From positions 1,426,001 to 1,490,000 of the forward strand of contig VJWM01000011.1 of assembly GCA_010909165.1 (NCBI GenBank): a DNA stretch of 64,000 nt, in the 5' to 3' direction. Positions 23,601 through 33,266 of the stretch are shown here, piece by piece. The position numbers were made by a program, and so were the translations under genes. The DNA is from Anthoceros angustus (taxonomy: Eukaryota > Plantae > Anthocerotophyta). How positions within the stretch are numbered: position 1 is the first letter of the stretch; each line of letters begins with the position of its first letter. Below the pieces are notes generated by a model. That model was not told where the DNA came from. It did no database searches and saw nothing but the letters and a program-made list of their open reading frames with translations.

Positions 23601-24097
23601 GAGACGATGGCGTGCCCCCAGCCGGCATCACATTCCTCAGTGTACTAACGGTGTGCAGTCATGTGGGTCTTGTGAACAAGGGGAGACAGTACTTCGATGC
23701 TATGACCAGAGAGTATGGCGTCAGCCCCACGGTGGAGCACTACACTTGCATGGTGGATCTTCTGGGCCGTGCAGGCCAACTGGGTGAGGCACTGGCTTTG
23801 GCAAGGACAATGCCTGTACTGCCCAATGCTGCAGTTTGGCATACATTGTTGGGTGCTTGTCGAAAGTGGAGCAACGTGGAGGTGGGATACTATGCCTTTA
23901 ATGAAGCCCTGAAGCTAGACGAGAAAGATGCCGCAGCATATGTATTGATGTCAGGCGTATACACGGGTGCCGAGATGTGGGAGCAGGTAGAGGAGATGCA
24001 GTCAAGGAGAATGAGAATCGGCGCATGGAAGCAGGCAGGTCAGAGCTGGTGGGCAGACATGGACGGACGGGTGCATAGTTTTTTGGTCGGGGGATAA
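20639..24097 (+). CDS. PLS-class PPR protein 2 (~26 PPR motifs, E1/E2, WW-type PG-box region, DYW truncated); tandem paralog of PPR 1
   Basis: Single 1152-aa ORF with 8 S motifs (MYxKCG-type), P2-L2-S2, E domains, ending WKQAGQSWWADMDGRVHSFLVGG*. Confidence 0.95.
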   Translation: MHISMAAWSVARQDPLWDQASWTRRRHRFTATVGRAPAHLALWSQASGNNQGACCCTKTPSPRGCLSGHESSSEGGCQELLCLDSQMLVLNGFVKPGLGDGKLVAPARDVEMGHRASKFKWSLAEDPDPRRPAGYERSVTAESVSRLCREGYLAEAVEALGVLVQTECFINTALFYTVLKECVLKKDLIPGRRLHALMVKKGYQSDTFLCNHILRMYTSHGRLQDAMDVFTMVAEPNAFMWSSIISAHVKDGKDKQAIELYHEMRRSSVEPDGHVFVAALQACARGLDLETGKQVHADVLAVGAEPHLFVWNSLVDMYAKCGSLENAQRVFDGLGQKDVVTWTALIAGYSQQGMVQEAFRLYSTMEAEGIAVPNAVTFVSLLQACANVGSPALEKGKELHAQTRERGYQADVFVANSLVNMYAKCGSMDDAQRMFDGLVRKDVVTWTALIAGYSQHGRCQEALDLYGIMQEEGVAIPNSVTFVSLLQACAGVGPPALEKGKLLHTQIQGEGLETDMLVANGLVNMYSKCGSLEDCRAVFDALETKDVVTWNTMISLYSQQGKGQEALHLYSAMQEDGKAVPDIVTFLSLLQACGIVGSPALDKGKQLDVQIRERGHQGDVFIGSSLVSMYAKCGSLQDAQRVFHGLGEKNVVTWNAMIAGYSQQGMGQDALQVYSAMQEDGMAVPSAVTFVCLLQACASVGSPALEKGKQLHLQIRQQGFEGSVVVGNSLVNMYAKCGSLADAQDVFDGLCEKNVVSWNAMIAGYSQQNMGQEAFGLYSTMQQDGSVAPDSVTFTCLLQACASMGSPALEKGKQLHEQIRVGGHDDDVFVASSLVNMYAKCGYLEGAQRVFDGLGHKNVVTWNAMIAGYSQQGMGQEALSVYSAMQEGGIAVSNSVTFMCLLQACANVAALDLGRQLHAEVQQQGLEADVFVGGSLINMYGKCGSMVDAQEVFDGLSERDVVSWSALIAGYTYQGDSEVVFDLVQRMRDDGVPPAGITFLSVLTVCSHVGLVNKGRQYFDAMTREYGVSPTVEHYTCMVDLLGRAGQLGEALALARTMPVLPNAAVWHTLLGACRKWSNVEVGYYAFNEALKLDEKDAAAYVLMSGVYTGAEMWEQVEEMQSRRMRIGAWKQAGQSWWADMDGRVHSFLVGG

Positions 24098-24399
24098 GGC
24101 TGAAAACGCAAACGGGTGGGTATGAACCGAATCGTTTTGCAAGACTTATGTGGGCCACCCAAATTATCTCATCTGTTGTGTGGTCATTGTAAGAGTGGAA
24201 CCGAGATTCAAGATTGGAGTTGAAACCTCTGTATCCAATTGCAGAAGTAGAGACCCGTAACAGTCATGGTGCAGATCCTACGAGCAGGTGGATCAAAACA
24301 TAGCGTGACTGCATGCTGCCATCAGCCTTGTCTGTATCGATGTGATCACACGATGTGATTATATGAAATCTGAGGCACGACAGCCCATTCTAGTATGCT

Positions 24400-24560
24400 C
24401 ACGTACTACGGCATCACCCCCACGGTGCAGCACTACAGATACATGGGAGATCTCCTGGGCCGTGCAGGCCAACTGGATGAGGCACTATGTATGTATATAG
24501 GTTCGGTAACGTCAATGCCTGTACTTCCTGATGCTGTCTTGTTGGGTGCGCCTTGAACTC
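24400..24560 (+). pseudogene. PPR S2/E1 fragment
   Basis: YYGITPTVQHYRYMGDLLGRAGQLDEAL...SMPVLPDA, closely matching 23715-23830 of PPR 2. Confidence 0.75.
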
Positions 24561-24692
24561 TGTGCCCTCCTGCGCAATTTCAAACCAGCTCTCACAGTCT
24601 GGACACATTTCTTGTACACTGTCCTATGAAACACATCTCCACCCTCTGAAATTCCCTCGCAGCTCACTGGACGAGCATGTGTGTCCAAATTG

Positions 24693-24905
24693 CTTAGGTC
24701 AAATGGACACCCATTTATAAGAACGTCGTGATTAAGCATCCTGCGCTTTCATCGGTACTTAGATGGGGTGCCTGAAGGGAGTGGATGCCCTTGTTGCAAG
24801 TAGCTTTTGGCACACCATGGCACACCATGGTACAAGTTGTTAAGTACCAAGTCCCACGACGGAAATCCATCCTTAGTGGACTTAAATAAAATTCTTCTTC
24901 TTCTT
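24693..24905. repeat. Dispersed non-coding element, copy 2
   Basis: Homologous to 15097-15410 (single internal unit here). Confidence 0.8.
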
Positions 24906-25452
24906 CTTCTATCCCATCAGCATGAATTGTGCTGCAGGTCTGCTAAGCGGCTGCACGCTTTTAGTACCCCAAGGACAGGTGTGCCTGACATGCGGCTGGA
25001 CACCTCCTTGCATCTGCTTCTACGTCCTGAGGGCCAGCTGGCCTTTAAGCTCCGAAAAACAAGTGTTCAAATCCAGGCTGAGCCCTGTTTGGCAATGTGT
25101 ATCACATACGGCACCACAGTTTCCGTGTGACAGGAGGACGAGTCATGAATTGTGCCACCAGCCATGCAAAGGACTCCAGTACCTTTCGCTTACCACGACT
25201 CATGAATTGTGCTACCAGCCATGCACAGGACTTCAGTACCTTTCACTTCCAACCCCACAGGTCAGTCCATCGCAGTTGGCCTGCAGCAATCTGTAATCCC
25301 AAGGACCAGCTCTGTTTGGCCAAAGGACTTTCAGTTGACATAACAGTAAAATGCGATAAGGCCCAAAGCAAGCTAGCAGTGTGAGGCATACATACATAGT
25401 GTGGGTAAGATGTACTAACTTGAATAGAATAGCTGGGAGGACTCCGACGAGG

Positions 25453-27647
25453 ATGGCGAGGACGACAGTTTTCCATAGTGTGGGGATTGTGACAATGGAT
25501 GCGGACTTGCGGGTGTTCACCGACGGAGGTTTGGTGGTAGTTGGGGACAAGATTGCTGCCGTTGGGCACAGTGACAGCATCAAGCAGGAGTTCGAACAAG
25601 ATGCCCATGAAGTGGTGGACCTGTCAGGCCACTGGTTGCTTCCTGGTGTGGTGACTATCCCTATCTGTCAAATCTGGTGGTTACTTGTGGAGGCATGGAT
25701 GGATGGCTTCAGGGATTGAGATTGTGTGGCTTGCTGGACAGGTTTCATCAACACTCATGTGCACACCTCGCAGCAGCTGGCCAGGGGGATTGCAGATGAT
25801 GTCGATCTCCTCACATGGCTGCACAACAGGATTTGGCCCTACGAGTCCAATATGACAGAGGAGGACTCGTACATCTCGACCTTGCTGTGTGGGATTGAGT
25901 TGATCCATTCCGGTGTATGATTGTAGTAAGCCCGTTGTCTTTGGCTTGGACAAATGTCGGACCACGTTCCCACTTGTCCAACAAGTCTGTGGCATGCAGG
26001 TCACATGCTTCGCTGAGGCTGGCGGGCAACATGTAGGCTCTATGGCAAGGGCGGTGGAGGCTTTAGGGATAAGAGCTTGTCTTGCGCGTTCAACCATGGA
26101 CTCTGGTGAAGGTTTGCCATCCTCATGGGCAGCTGAGACGACTGATGTCTGCCTGCAGGTGCTGCTTGTTGCTCTACAGCTCACTTGATTGGTTGGTGGG
26201 AAGACTGAACTATAGAGGATAAATTGTGCTGCCCTGATCAGATCCAGGAAGATCTGTTCAACAAGTACAACGGCACAGCTGACGGCCGCATCAGAGTGTG
26301 GTTTGGGATAAGGCAGATTCTGAACGCCACAGACAACCTGTTGTTGCGGACGAAACAGGCCGCGGATCAGAATAACACTGGAATCCACATGGTACCGTCA
26401 CACTCCCATGGACTGTTAGTTGCGAAGATTCCATATTGAGGTTCCCTCCACTGATCTTGACATCGCAGAACAGCATGTGGCTGAGATACCATTCGAGAAC
26501 CAGTGGGTGGTGGAGACACGGAATGTGCAACACGGGACAGTCACTCACCTTGACAACATAAAATTCCTTGGGAAGAACCTGTTAGCAGCTCACTCAGTTT
26601 GGGTAGATGAATCCGAGGTACAGGCCTGTTATTACTCCTCTGCCACGCTGCACACACGAGTGTCATTGCTGACCTTGCCTGGTGTTCAAGGTGAGACTCT
26701 TTGCCAGCAGTGGAGTAAAGGTCTCTCACTGCCCAGCAGCTGCTATGAAGATGCTAGGGTTTGCACCTGTTCAGGAGATGCTGGATGCAGGAGTCTGTGT
26801 GTCGCTCGGCACAGATGGTGCCCCTTCAAATAACAGAATGAGCTTAGGTTAGACAATGCCAAACTTCCTTGCATGCCTAGTTAATCTGCCTTCAGATATC
26901 AAGCATCTTGACATTTCTACTTCCTTGCAGTCGACGAAATGTATGTGGCCTCACTCATCAACAAGGGGAAGGCTGCTTATACACATGGGACGACAGATCC
27001 TACTGCCTTGCCAGCAACAACAATCCTGCAAATGGCTACCATAAATGGGGCAAAGTCCGTTCTATGGGAGAACGAGATTGGGTCCCTTGAAGTGGGCAAG
27101 AAGGTGCTGTCCTCTGGGTTGTTGCTTCCGAGAGCTGCTCAACTGGGGACACTGCTCTTTTGCTGGTCATCTTTTAATAAAGGAGTTGGTTTAACTGCAG
27201 GCAGATCTGGTGGTAATCGATCCTTGTGTGTGGACGATGTTTCCTCTTCATGACCCGTAAGTGTGAGCAGTGTGATCCGTGTTCAGCCCTGTGCTGCACT
27301 TGATTGTTGTCAAGGAGACTGGCTGAAACACAAACACCGTTCGCAGGATATCGAGCATGGTATCTTCCTTGAGAAGTGAGAACATCAAGTCAGTGATGTG
27401 CAACGGGGTGTGGGTCATGCGTGACCACCAGATTCTCACTGTCGATGAGGTCAGAAGCTGGTCACCTTCCCCCATCATGCCGCAACCTAGAGCTCTTCGC
27501 TTTCCTCTGCGATGCCAGAATCTAGTAGTCCACCAAAGTATGCTCCATTTTTTTTAGGTGGCTGTTGGACGGCAAGCTCAGCAGACTGCAAAAAATCTCG
27601 TCTCGCGGTCTGACATCAAGCTACCTGCAAGGATGAGGCTGATGTGA
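25453..27647 (+). CDS. Metal-dependent amidohydrolase, MTA/SAH-deaminase (MtaD/SsnA)-like; about 10 exons
   Basis: MARTTVFHSVGIVTMD...VDLSGHWLLPG / FINTHVHTSQQLARGIADDVDLLTWLHNRIWPYE (HxH) / VTCFAEAGGQH / GIHM-HVAEIPFE / LAAHSVW / VSHCPAAAMKMLG...LGTDGAPSNNRMSL / [29 protein letters not shown] / KSVMCNGVWVMRD / ...KLPARMRLM*. Confidence 0.92.
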
Positions 27648-27931
27648 GGAAGGCGGAACACCACAGAGCTTTTTCAGAGAAAGCAAGTTGCACAAAGTTT
27701 GCCCCCTTCTGGACGCTGACGACAACTCGTGTTCCACGCCGTTGGCATGTCCCTTGTACGGGTGCAGATAAGGTAGCTGGGGGAGGAGATGTCCCAGCTT
27801 CGCCGCTAGTGCGCTGCGTGCTTCCTTTCTTAACGTTGCGAAACGGCCCACTCCGACATCCGGTATAGGCTACCTACTTCAAAGTGGCCCTCCTTTCATG
27901 ACAGGAGGCTGAACTATCTGAACCTGACGAG

Positions 27932-30022
27932 ATGGCCGCTGCCTCAGACATTTTGCTTGAAAGGTTTGCCGAAGAGCAGGAAAAGTTTCTTGCCGCCTTA
28001 CTTGACAAACACTCCAGTTGCGAGTACCTGCAGAGGCACGGTTTGAACGGCAGGACGGATGTGGAGTCGTTCAAGGAGGTGATCCCGGTCATCGAGTACG
28101 ACGCCATACAGCAAGACATCCACAGGCTGCTGAATGGAGACACTGCTTCCTTGGGTCTGTGCTGTGAGAAGGTTGTTGAAGTCTTCTCCAGGTGATCAAA
28201 TCAAGCCTCCGGCTTTGCTTAGCGTCATTGAGGAGAGCTTCGTTGCTTCAAGATACTGAAAACGTGGGCAGGGATCTTGTCATCTTTGCAGTTCGGGGAC
28301 GAGCTCTGGCAAGCGAAAGCTGTTCCCCGTCACAGAGGCCTGGTACTCTGCAGCCGAGAAGCTGCTGACTATGCGCTTAGACTATATAATCCAGTAAGCG
28401 ACTCCAGTCCTCGATTTCTGCTTCCGCTTGCATCCGCTTCCAAGGGGGTGTGGTCCGTCGAATCCACAATTATCACCTTTCAACTGATGAGCTATGTCAG
28501 AGCCGCTGCAGGGCATTCGGAGAGGAAGCCGCGACGGGGTTGAGCGTGACCTTCGCCTCTGTCAGCAAGCGATTCCAGACTCCAGCAGGCTTCACCGCCG
28601 GGCCAGCCACCTCCAGCCTCCTCAACCGGCCGGTAGGAAACGAAGGCCCCGGGACATTTGCCAGTCCACAATCTGTTATCCTGTGCGATGATTACCAGCA
28701 GGCCATGTATTGCCATCTTCTCTGCGGCCTGCTCCGCTCCTCGGAGGTTGTCAGTCTGCGCGCTGCCTTCTCCTCCGCCTTGGCCAACGCCTTCAGCCGC
28801 GTCCTCAAAGACAGGTGGGAGGAGATCTGCACTGACATCGAGACGGGGAACTCAGCAGCAGCATCACACACCTTCCCGCGCGTGCAGACGTGAGCAAGCT
28901 CCTGGAAAAGCCAAATCCAGACCTGGCCGACTCCATCAGAGCCGAATGCAGCAAGGATTCCTGGGAAGGAATCTTGCTTCGCCTTTGGCCGAATTTGAGG
29001 TTCGTAACCTGCATCGCAACAGGGTCCATGCTTCAGTATGTGGACTACCTGAATTTCCTCACCGGGGGCAAACTCCCCATTGCGTCAGCTGGATATGGAG
29101 CCAGCGAGGGGTACTTCGCCATCAATCCCTGCCAATCCAATCCACCAGAGGAGACATTCTATGTCTTCGTACCAGATCTGGGATACTACGAGTTCGAGCC
29201 TGTCGGAAACATCAGTAAATCTCCAGGGAACGGTCATGAAAACGGGAAATCGGGAGCGATTGTCGATCTTGCACGGGTTGAAGAAGGGCAAGAATATGAG
29301 CTGGTGGTGTCCACATTCTCCGGTAAGCTCCTTCTTCCCCCGTGTTTGATGCTCCGCTCATATTGAACGAACATTCTTGCAAGCAGCTGAGGTTGCGGGA
29401 CATGGAAATCGCAGGTCTTTGGAGGTACAGGATGGGAGACGTGTTCAAGTGCGTCGGCTTTTACCACAAGACAGCCCCGAAATTCCAATTCGTCGGTCGC
29501 AAGAACGTCGTTCTCAGCATCCACACGGACAAAACAGAGGAGAAGGAGCTCGTCCAAGTCGTGAACCGGACTGCCAAGCTCCACTTACCTGCAAGCACAC
29601 ACCTCCTGGACTTCACCAGCTGCACAAGCGTGACTTCCCTACCGGGCCACTACGTGATCTTCCTGGAGCTATCCCCGGGGGACATCTACCTCGGCGACCA
29701 AACCCTAGAAAACATGTGCCTGTCCATGGAGGCCAGCCTGAGCGAGCCTTACCGGAGGGGACGTATCATCGGCACAATTGCTCCTCTGGAATTGAACACC
29801 GTGAGGCCCGGGACTTTCGAGGAAATCAAAGAAGCTGCAGTGCAGCAGGGAAGCGCCAGCGTCCAATACAAAGTTCCGAGGGGCTTCAAGGCCGGTCATC
29901 CCGCCTTGCAGATGCTGAATGCGGCGGTCAAGGAGAGAGCAAATAGCACGCGGCCACCTCCTCATCCCACGCTGAATCCGCCAACTAGTTCAGGTTCACA
30001 AAATCGGCAAGCCTGGGCCTAG
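27932..30022 (+). CDS. GH3: GH3 acyl-acid-amido synthetase 1 (apparent 1-bp frameshift at G-run 28845-28848)
   Basis: EYLQRHGLNGRTDVESFKEVIPVIEYD, SSGTSSGKRKLFP, AMYCHLLCGL, LWPNLRFVTCIATGSMLQY, GYGASEGYFAIN, EGQEYELVVSTFSGLWRYRMGD, FVGRKNVVLSIHTDKT, QYKVPR. One extra G restores GELSSSIT..DVSKLLEKPNPDLA. Confidence 0.9.
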
Positions 30023-30507
30023 GAAACATGCGGCGGATACTTATCTCATTCCCCCGTTGCCTTTGTCTTGGTGTCAGAAATCCCTAGTGCCTCGGGGGAC
30101 TCCAGTCTAGCAGGTCTGGCAGTCTACCAGTCTACCAGGATGTATACTTCCCGGCAATAGAATCTCCTACCTTGATGCCTGGAAAGTGCAGACTGCAAAC
30201 TGCAGACTCGCAGAGAATACAAGTAGAGTACTTTGTAGGAGATAAGGCTGGACAGGCCTGCGGGCCCTCAAGTACCGTGCCATCACGTTCTCGCTGTACT
30301 GCAAGAAATGTTCGGGGAAACTTAGCTGTTTGTCCAGGTACGAAGCATCATCCGAACCCTTGTCTGCAGGTCCACGCTTCCATGTGACTGCGTCTTAACG
30401 ATGGCATTTATTCCTGTGCAGATGTAGGCCACAGACTCCAACAACCTTTTAGTTGAGCTCCAAGGGATTGAGCAGAAACAATCGGGCATTGAACAATCTG
30501 GAACAAG

Positions 30508-32736
30508 ATGGGGGAGATTGGAGAGGAAGTCGCGGTGGAGAGAAACGAGGTCATCTCGACGGAGGGTAAGAAGCAAGCGCTGGAAGTGGTCGCGGAGCTG
30601 CACAAGCAGATTGAGAGAACCCGGGAGGAGCAGAAAAAGGCGCTGGCAGCCTTGTTGGAGAAGAACGCCGGATGTGAGTACCTGCAGCGGCAAGGGCTGA
30701 ATGGGAGGACGGACGTGGAGTCCTTCAAGAAGCTCATTCCTGTCATCGAGTACGATGCTATCGAAGCAGATGTTGCGCGGATTGTGCAAGGCGATAAGTC
30801 CCCGGTGCTCGGCACCGAGCCGGTGCTGGAGTTCTTCGCCAGGTAGGGCAGCATCTCGCAATTGAGCATTCTTGTCAGTGGTGTGCGTACATTCAATGGC
30901 CAGCCAGCATGTCATTGAGGTTGATCTTGTGGAGTGAGGGGCTTGGAAGTGATCAATTACCGCAAGATTTTTTGTGTCGCTGCAGCTCAGGGACTACCTC
31001 CGGAAAGCGTAAAGTGTTCCCCGTCACTGCGGCCCGGAGTCTGGCAGTCCTTAGTCTAGTGAAGGCGGTCCGAGCATTTTACCTCCTGTGAGTGGCCTGC
31101 CCGGGCTCCGCCCATGGTTCTGCATTTGAGCTTCCTCACTTGGTGTAAATCACAAGCCACCTGATTCACGTGTGCCTGCAGGGAATTCGGAGAGGAGGAA
31201 GCATCAGACTTGGAAATGTTTTTCGTGTCCGTGAGCAAACAATCGGAGACTCCAGGAGGTTTACTATTGGGAGCAGGTAGCGGTCCCGCAATCAGAGCAT
31301 CTGCTGCAGCCTCAGGCCATGCCTACAGGTACGTCAGTCCGCCTGCTGTGATTCTCTCCGAAGATCACCACCAGGCCGCGTACTCCCATCTTGTGTGCGG
31401 CCTGATCCGCTCCGCGCAAGTCACGAAATTGTGCTGTCTCATGGCCTCGGGGTTGGCCAATGCCTTCAGCCTGCTCAAGGACAGCTGGGAGGATATAAGC
31501 AGGGACATAGAAACCGGAGAGCTGAGCAGCAAGATCACGGACCCTGCCCTTCGCGAAGCTGTCGGCAAGCTCCTGGAGAAGCCAAATCCTGAGCTGGCCA
31601 ACTTCATCAGAGCAGAATGCGGGAAGGAGTCCTGGGAGGGAATCCTGCGTCGACTTTGGCCGAGGACTAAGGCCCTCCAATGCTTAGCAACCGGCTCCAT
31701 GATCCAGTATGTGGACAATCTTAACTTCCTGAGCGCCGGCCTCCCCATTGTGTCTTCTATGTATGTAGGATCTGAAGGAGCCTACGCCATCAACCCGTAT
31801 CTATCGACTCCTCCGCACCAGGTGTTCTATGTCTTCTTGCCTTGCTTTTACTACTTTGAGTTCCTGCCTGCGCGAAGCGACTCTGCTGGGAATACCTTTG
31901 AAGACCTTTCCATCAGCCCCGGCGATGAGGGGAACACAGTTGTTGATCTGGCCGATGTGGAAGAAGGCCAAGAGTACGAGGTGGTGATATCCAACGGCTC
32001 GGGTAAGCTCCCGTTGTTTTCCTTGCGACAGATACATGAGCGATTTTTTGTTCGTAATGATCGTTTCTTTGTGTCCAGAGCAATCCCCAGCCGACCATGT
32101 TTGATGTCTGATTCCATCTCTAGTTTTGCAGGTTTATGGAGGTACAGGATAGGAGATCTTGTCAAGTGCGTAGGCTACTACCACAAGGCCCCCAAATTCC
32201 AGTTCGTAGGACGCAGGAATGTCATCCTGAGCATCAGCACAGACAAAACAGAGGAACAGGAGCTGATCCAGGCAGTGACCACAGCTGCCAGGCTGCACTT
32301 GCCTGGAAACGTGCAGCTCTTGGACTTCACGAGCTATGCCAGCGTATCTGCCATCCCCGGCCATTATGTGATCATTGTGGAGGTAACAAGCACCGGCACT
32401 GGCACAGCGAAGATCCATGTTGGTGAGGAGGCTCTGGAAGCCGTGGCTATGGCCGTGGAAGCTGGCCTGGGCGAGCCTTACAGGAGAGGACGCAACGTCG
32501 GGAACATCGCTCCTCTGGAGCTCAAGGTTGTGAAGCCTGGGACCTTCGCCAAAGTCCGGAGCTTGGCTGTGCAACGGGGAACCTCCGAGGCGCAATACAA
32601 GACTCCGAGGAGCCACCCAAGTGGCCACCCCGCGCTGGGCATCCTGGATGCCGGGGTTTCGGAGGCTGCCAGGAGCGCTGGGCCACCGCCTCACCACAAG
32701 CTCAACCCTGTCGGTGCTGTCACGTCAGACGTCTGA
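30508..32736 (+). CDS. GH3: GH3 acyl-acid-amido synthetase 2 (4 exons)
   Basis: EYLQRQGLNGRTDVESFKKLIPVIEYD, SSGTTSGKRKVFP, AYSHLVCGL, MYVGSEGAYAIN, EGQEYEVVISNGSGLWRYRIGD, QYKTPR. Confidence 0.93.
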
Positions 32737-33266
32737 AGCGAACCTGTACAGGACAGCTAGGCATCACAGCCCGGATGCTCCACAGTGTGGCATGTGTTGC
32801 ACCTGGGACACCCTGGGGTCTCAGCTCTGTATCATCTCCCTCGCGGGAAGAGAACCTTGCCCTGGCCTCCAGGAGTTCAGACCCCCTCCTAATGTGCTTG
32901 GAACTGTCTGTCTTGTTCTGTCCGTTTTGTTTAATCAAGTTTTCTGTCACATATGTAGTTTAATTGTGTCGTGAGGCATGGTACGATGATATCTGCACCA
33001 CCGCCGCATGACAGCCTGTTACCGATTGCCGAGACGTGCACATAACTGGTTTGAAGTTCGTCACACAGGTGGATTTCGGCGGAAGTTGCGGGCCCTGTCT
33101 GAAGTGGCAAGCGATGAGTGAAGCGGTGAAGCAAGTGTCCAGCATTTTTTGAAAAGAACGTTTGATGGGAATTGTGTGTTAGGGAACCGGGTTTATACGT
33201 ACATATATGTTGGACGAGCCTCGTACGCATGTACTGAGGTGGGAGGGGTGAGGTGCAGGCGACACA

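Noticed and set aside
25453-30022. Amidohydrolase as the de-conjugating partner of the adjacent GH3s
   Set aside because: Its motifs are those of the MTA/SAH-deaminase-like family, not the M20 ILR1/IAR3 conjugate hydrolases. Adjacency alone is not evidence.
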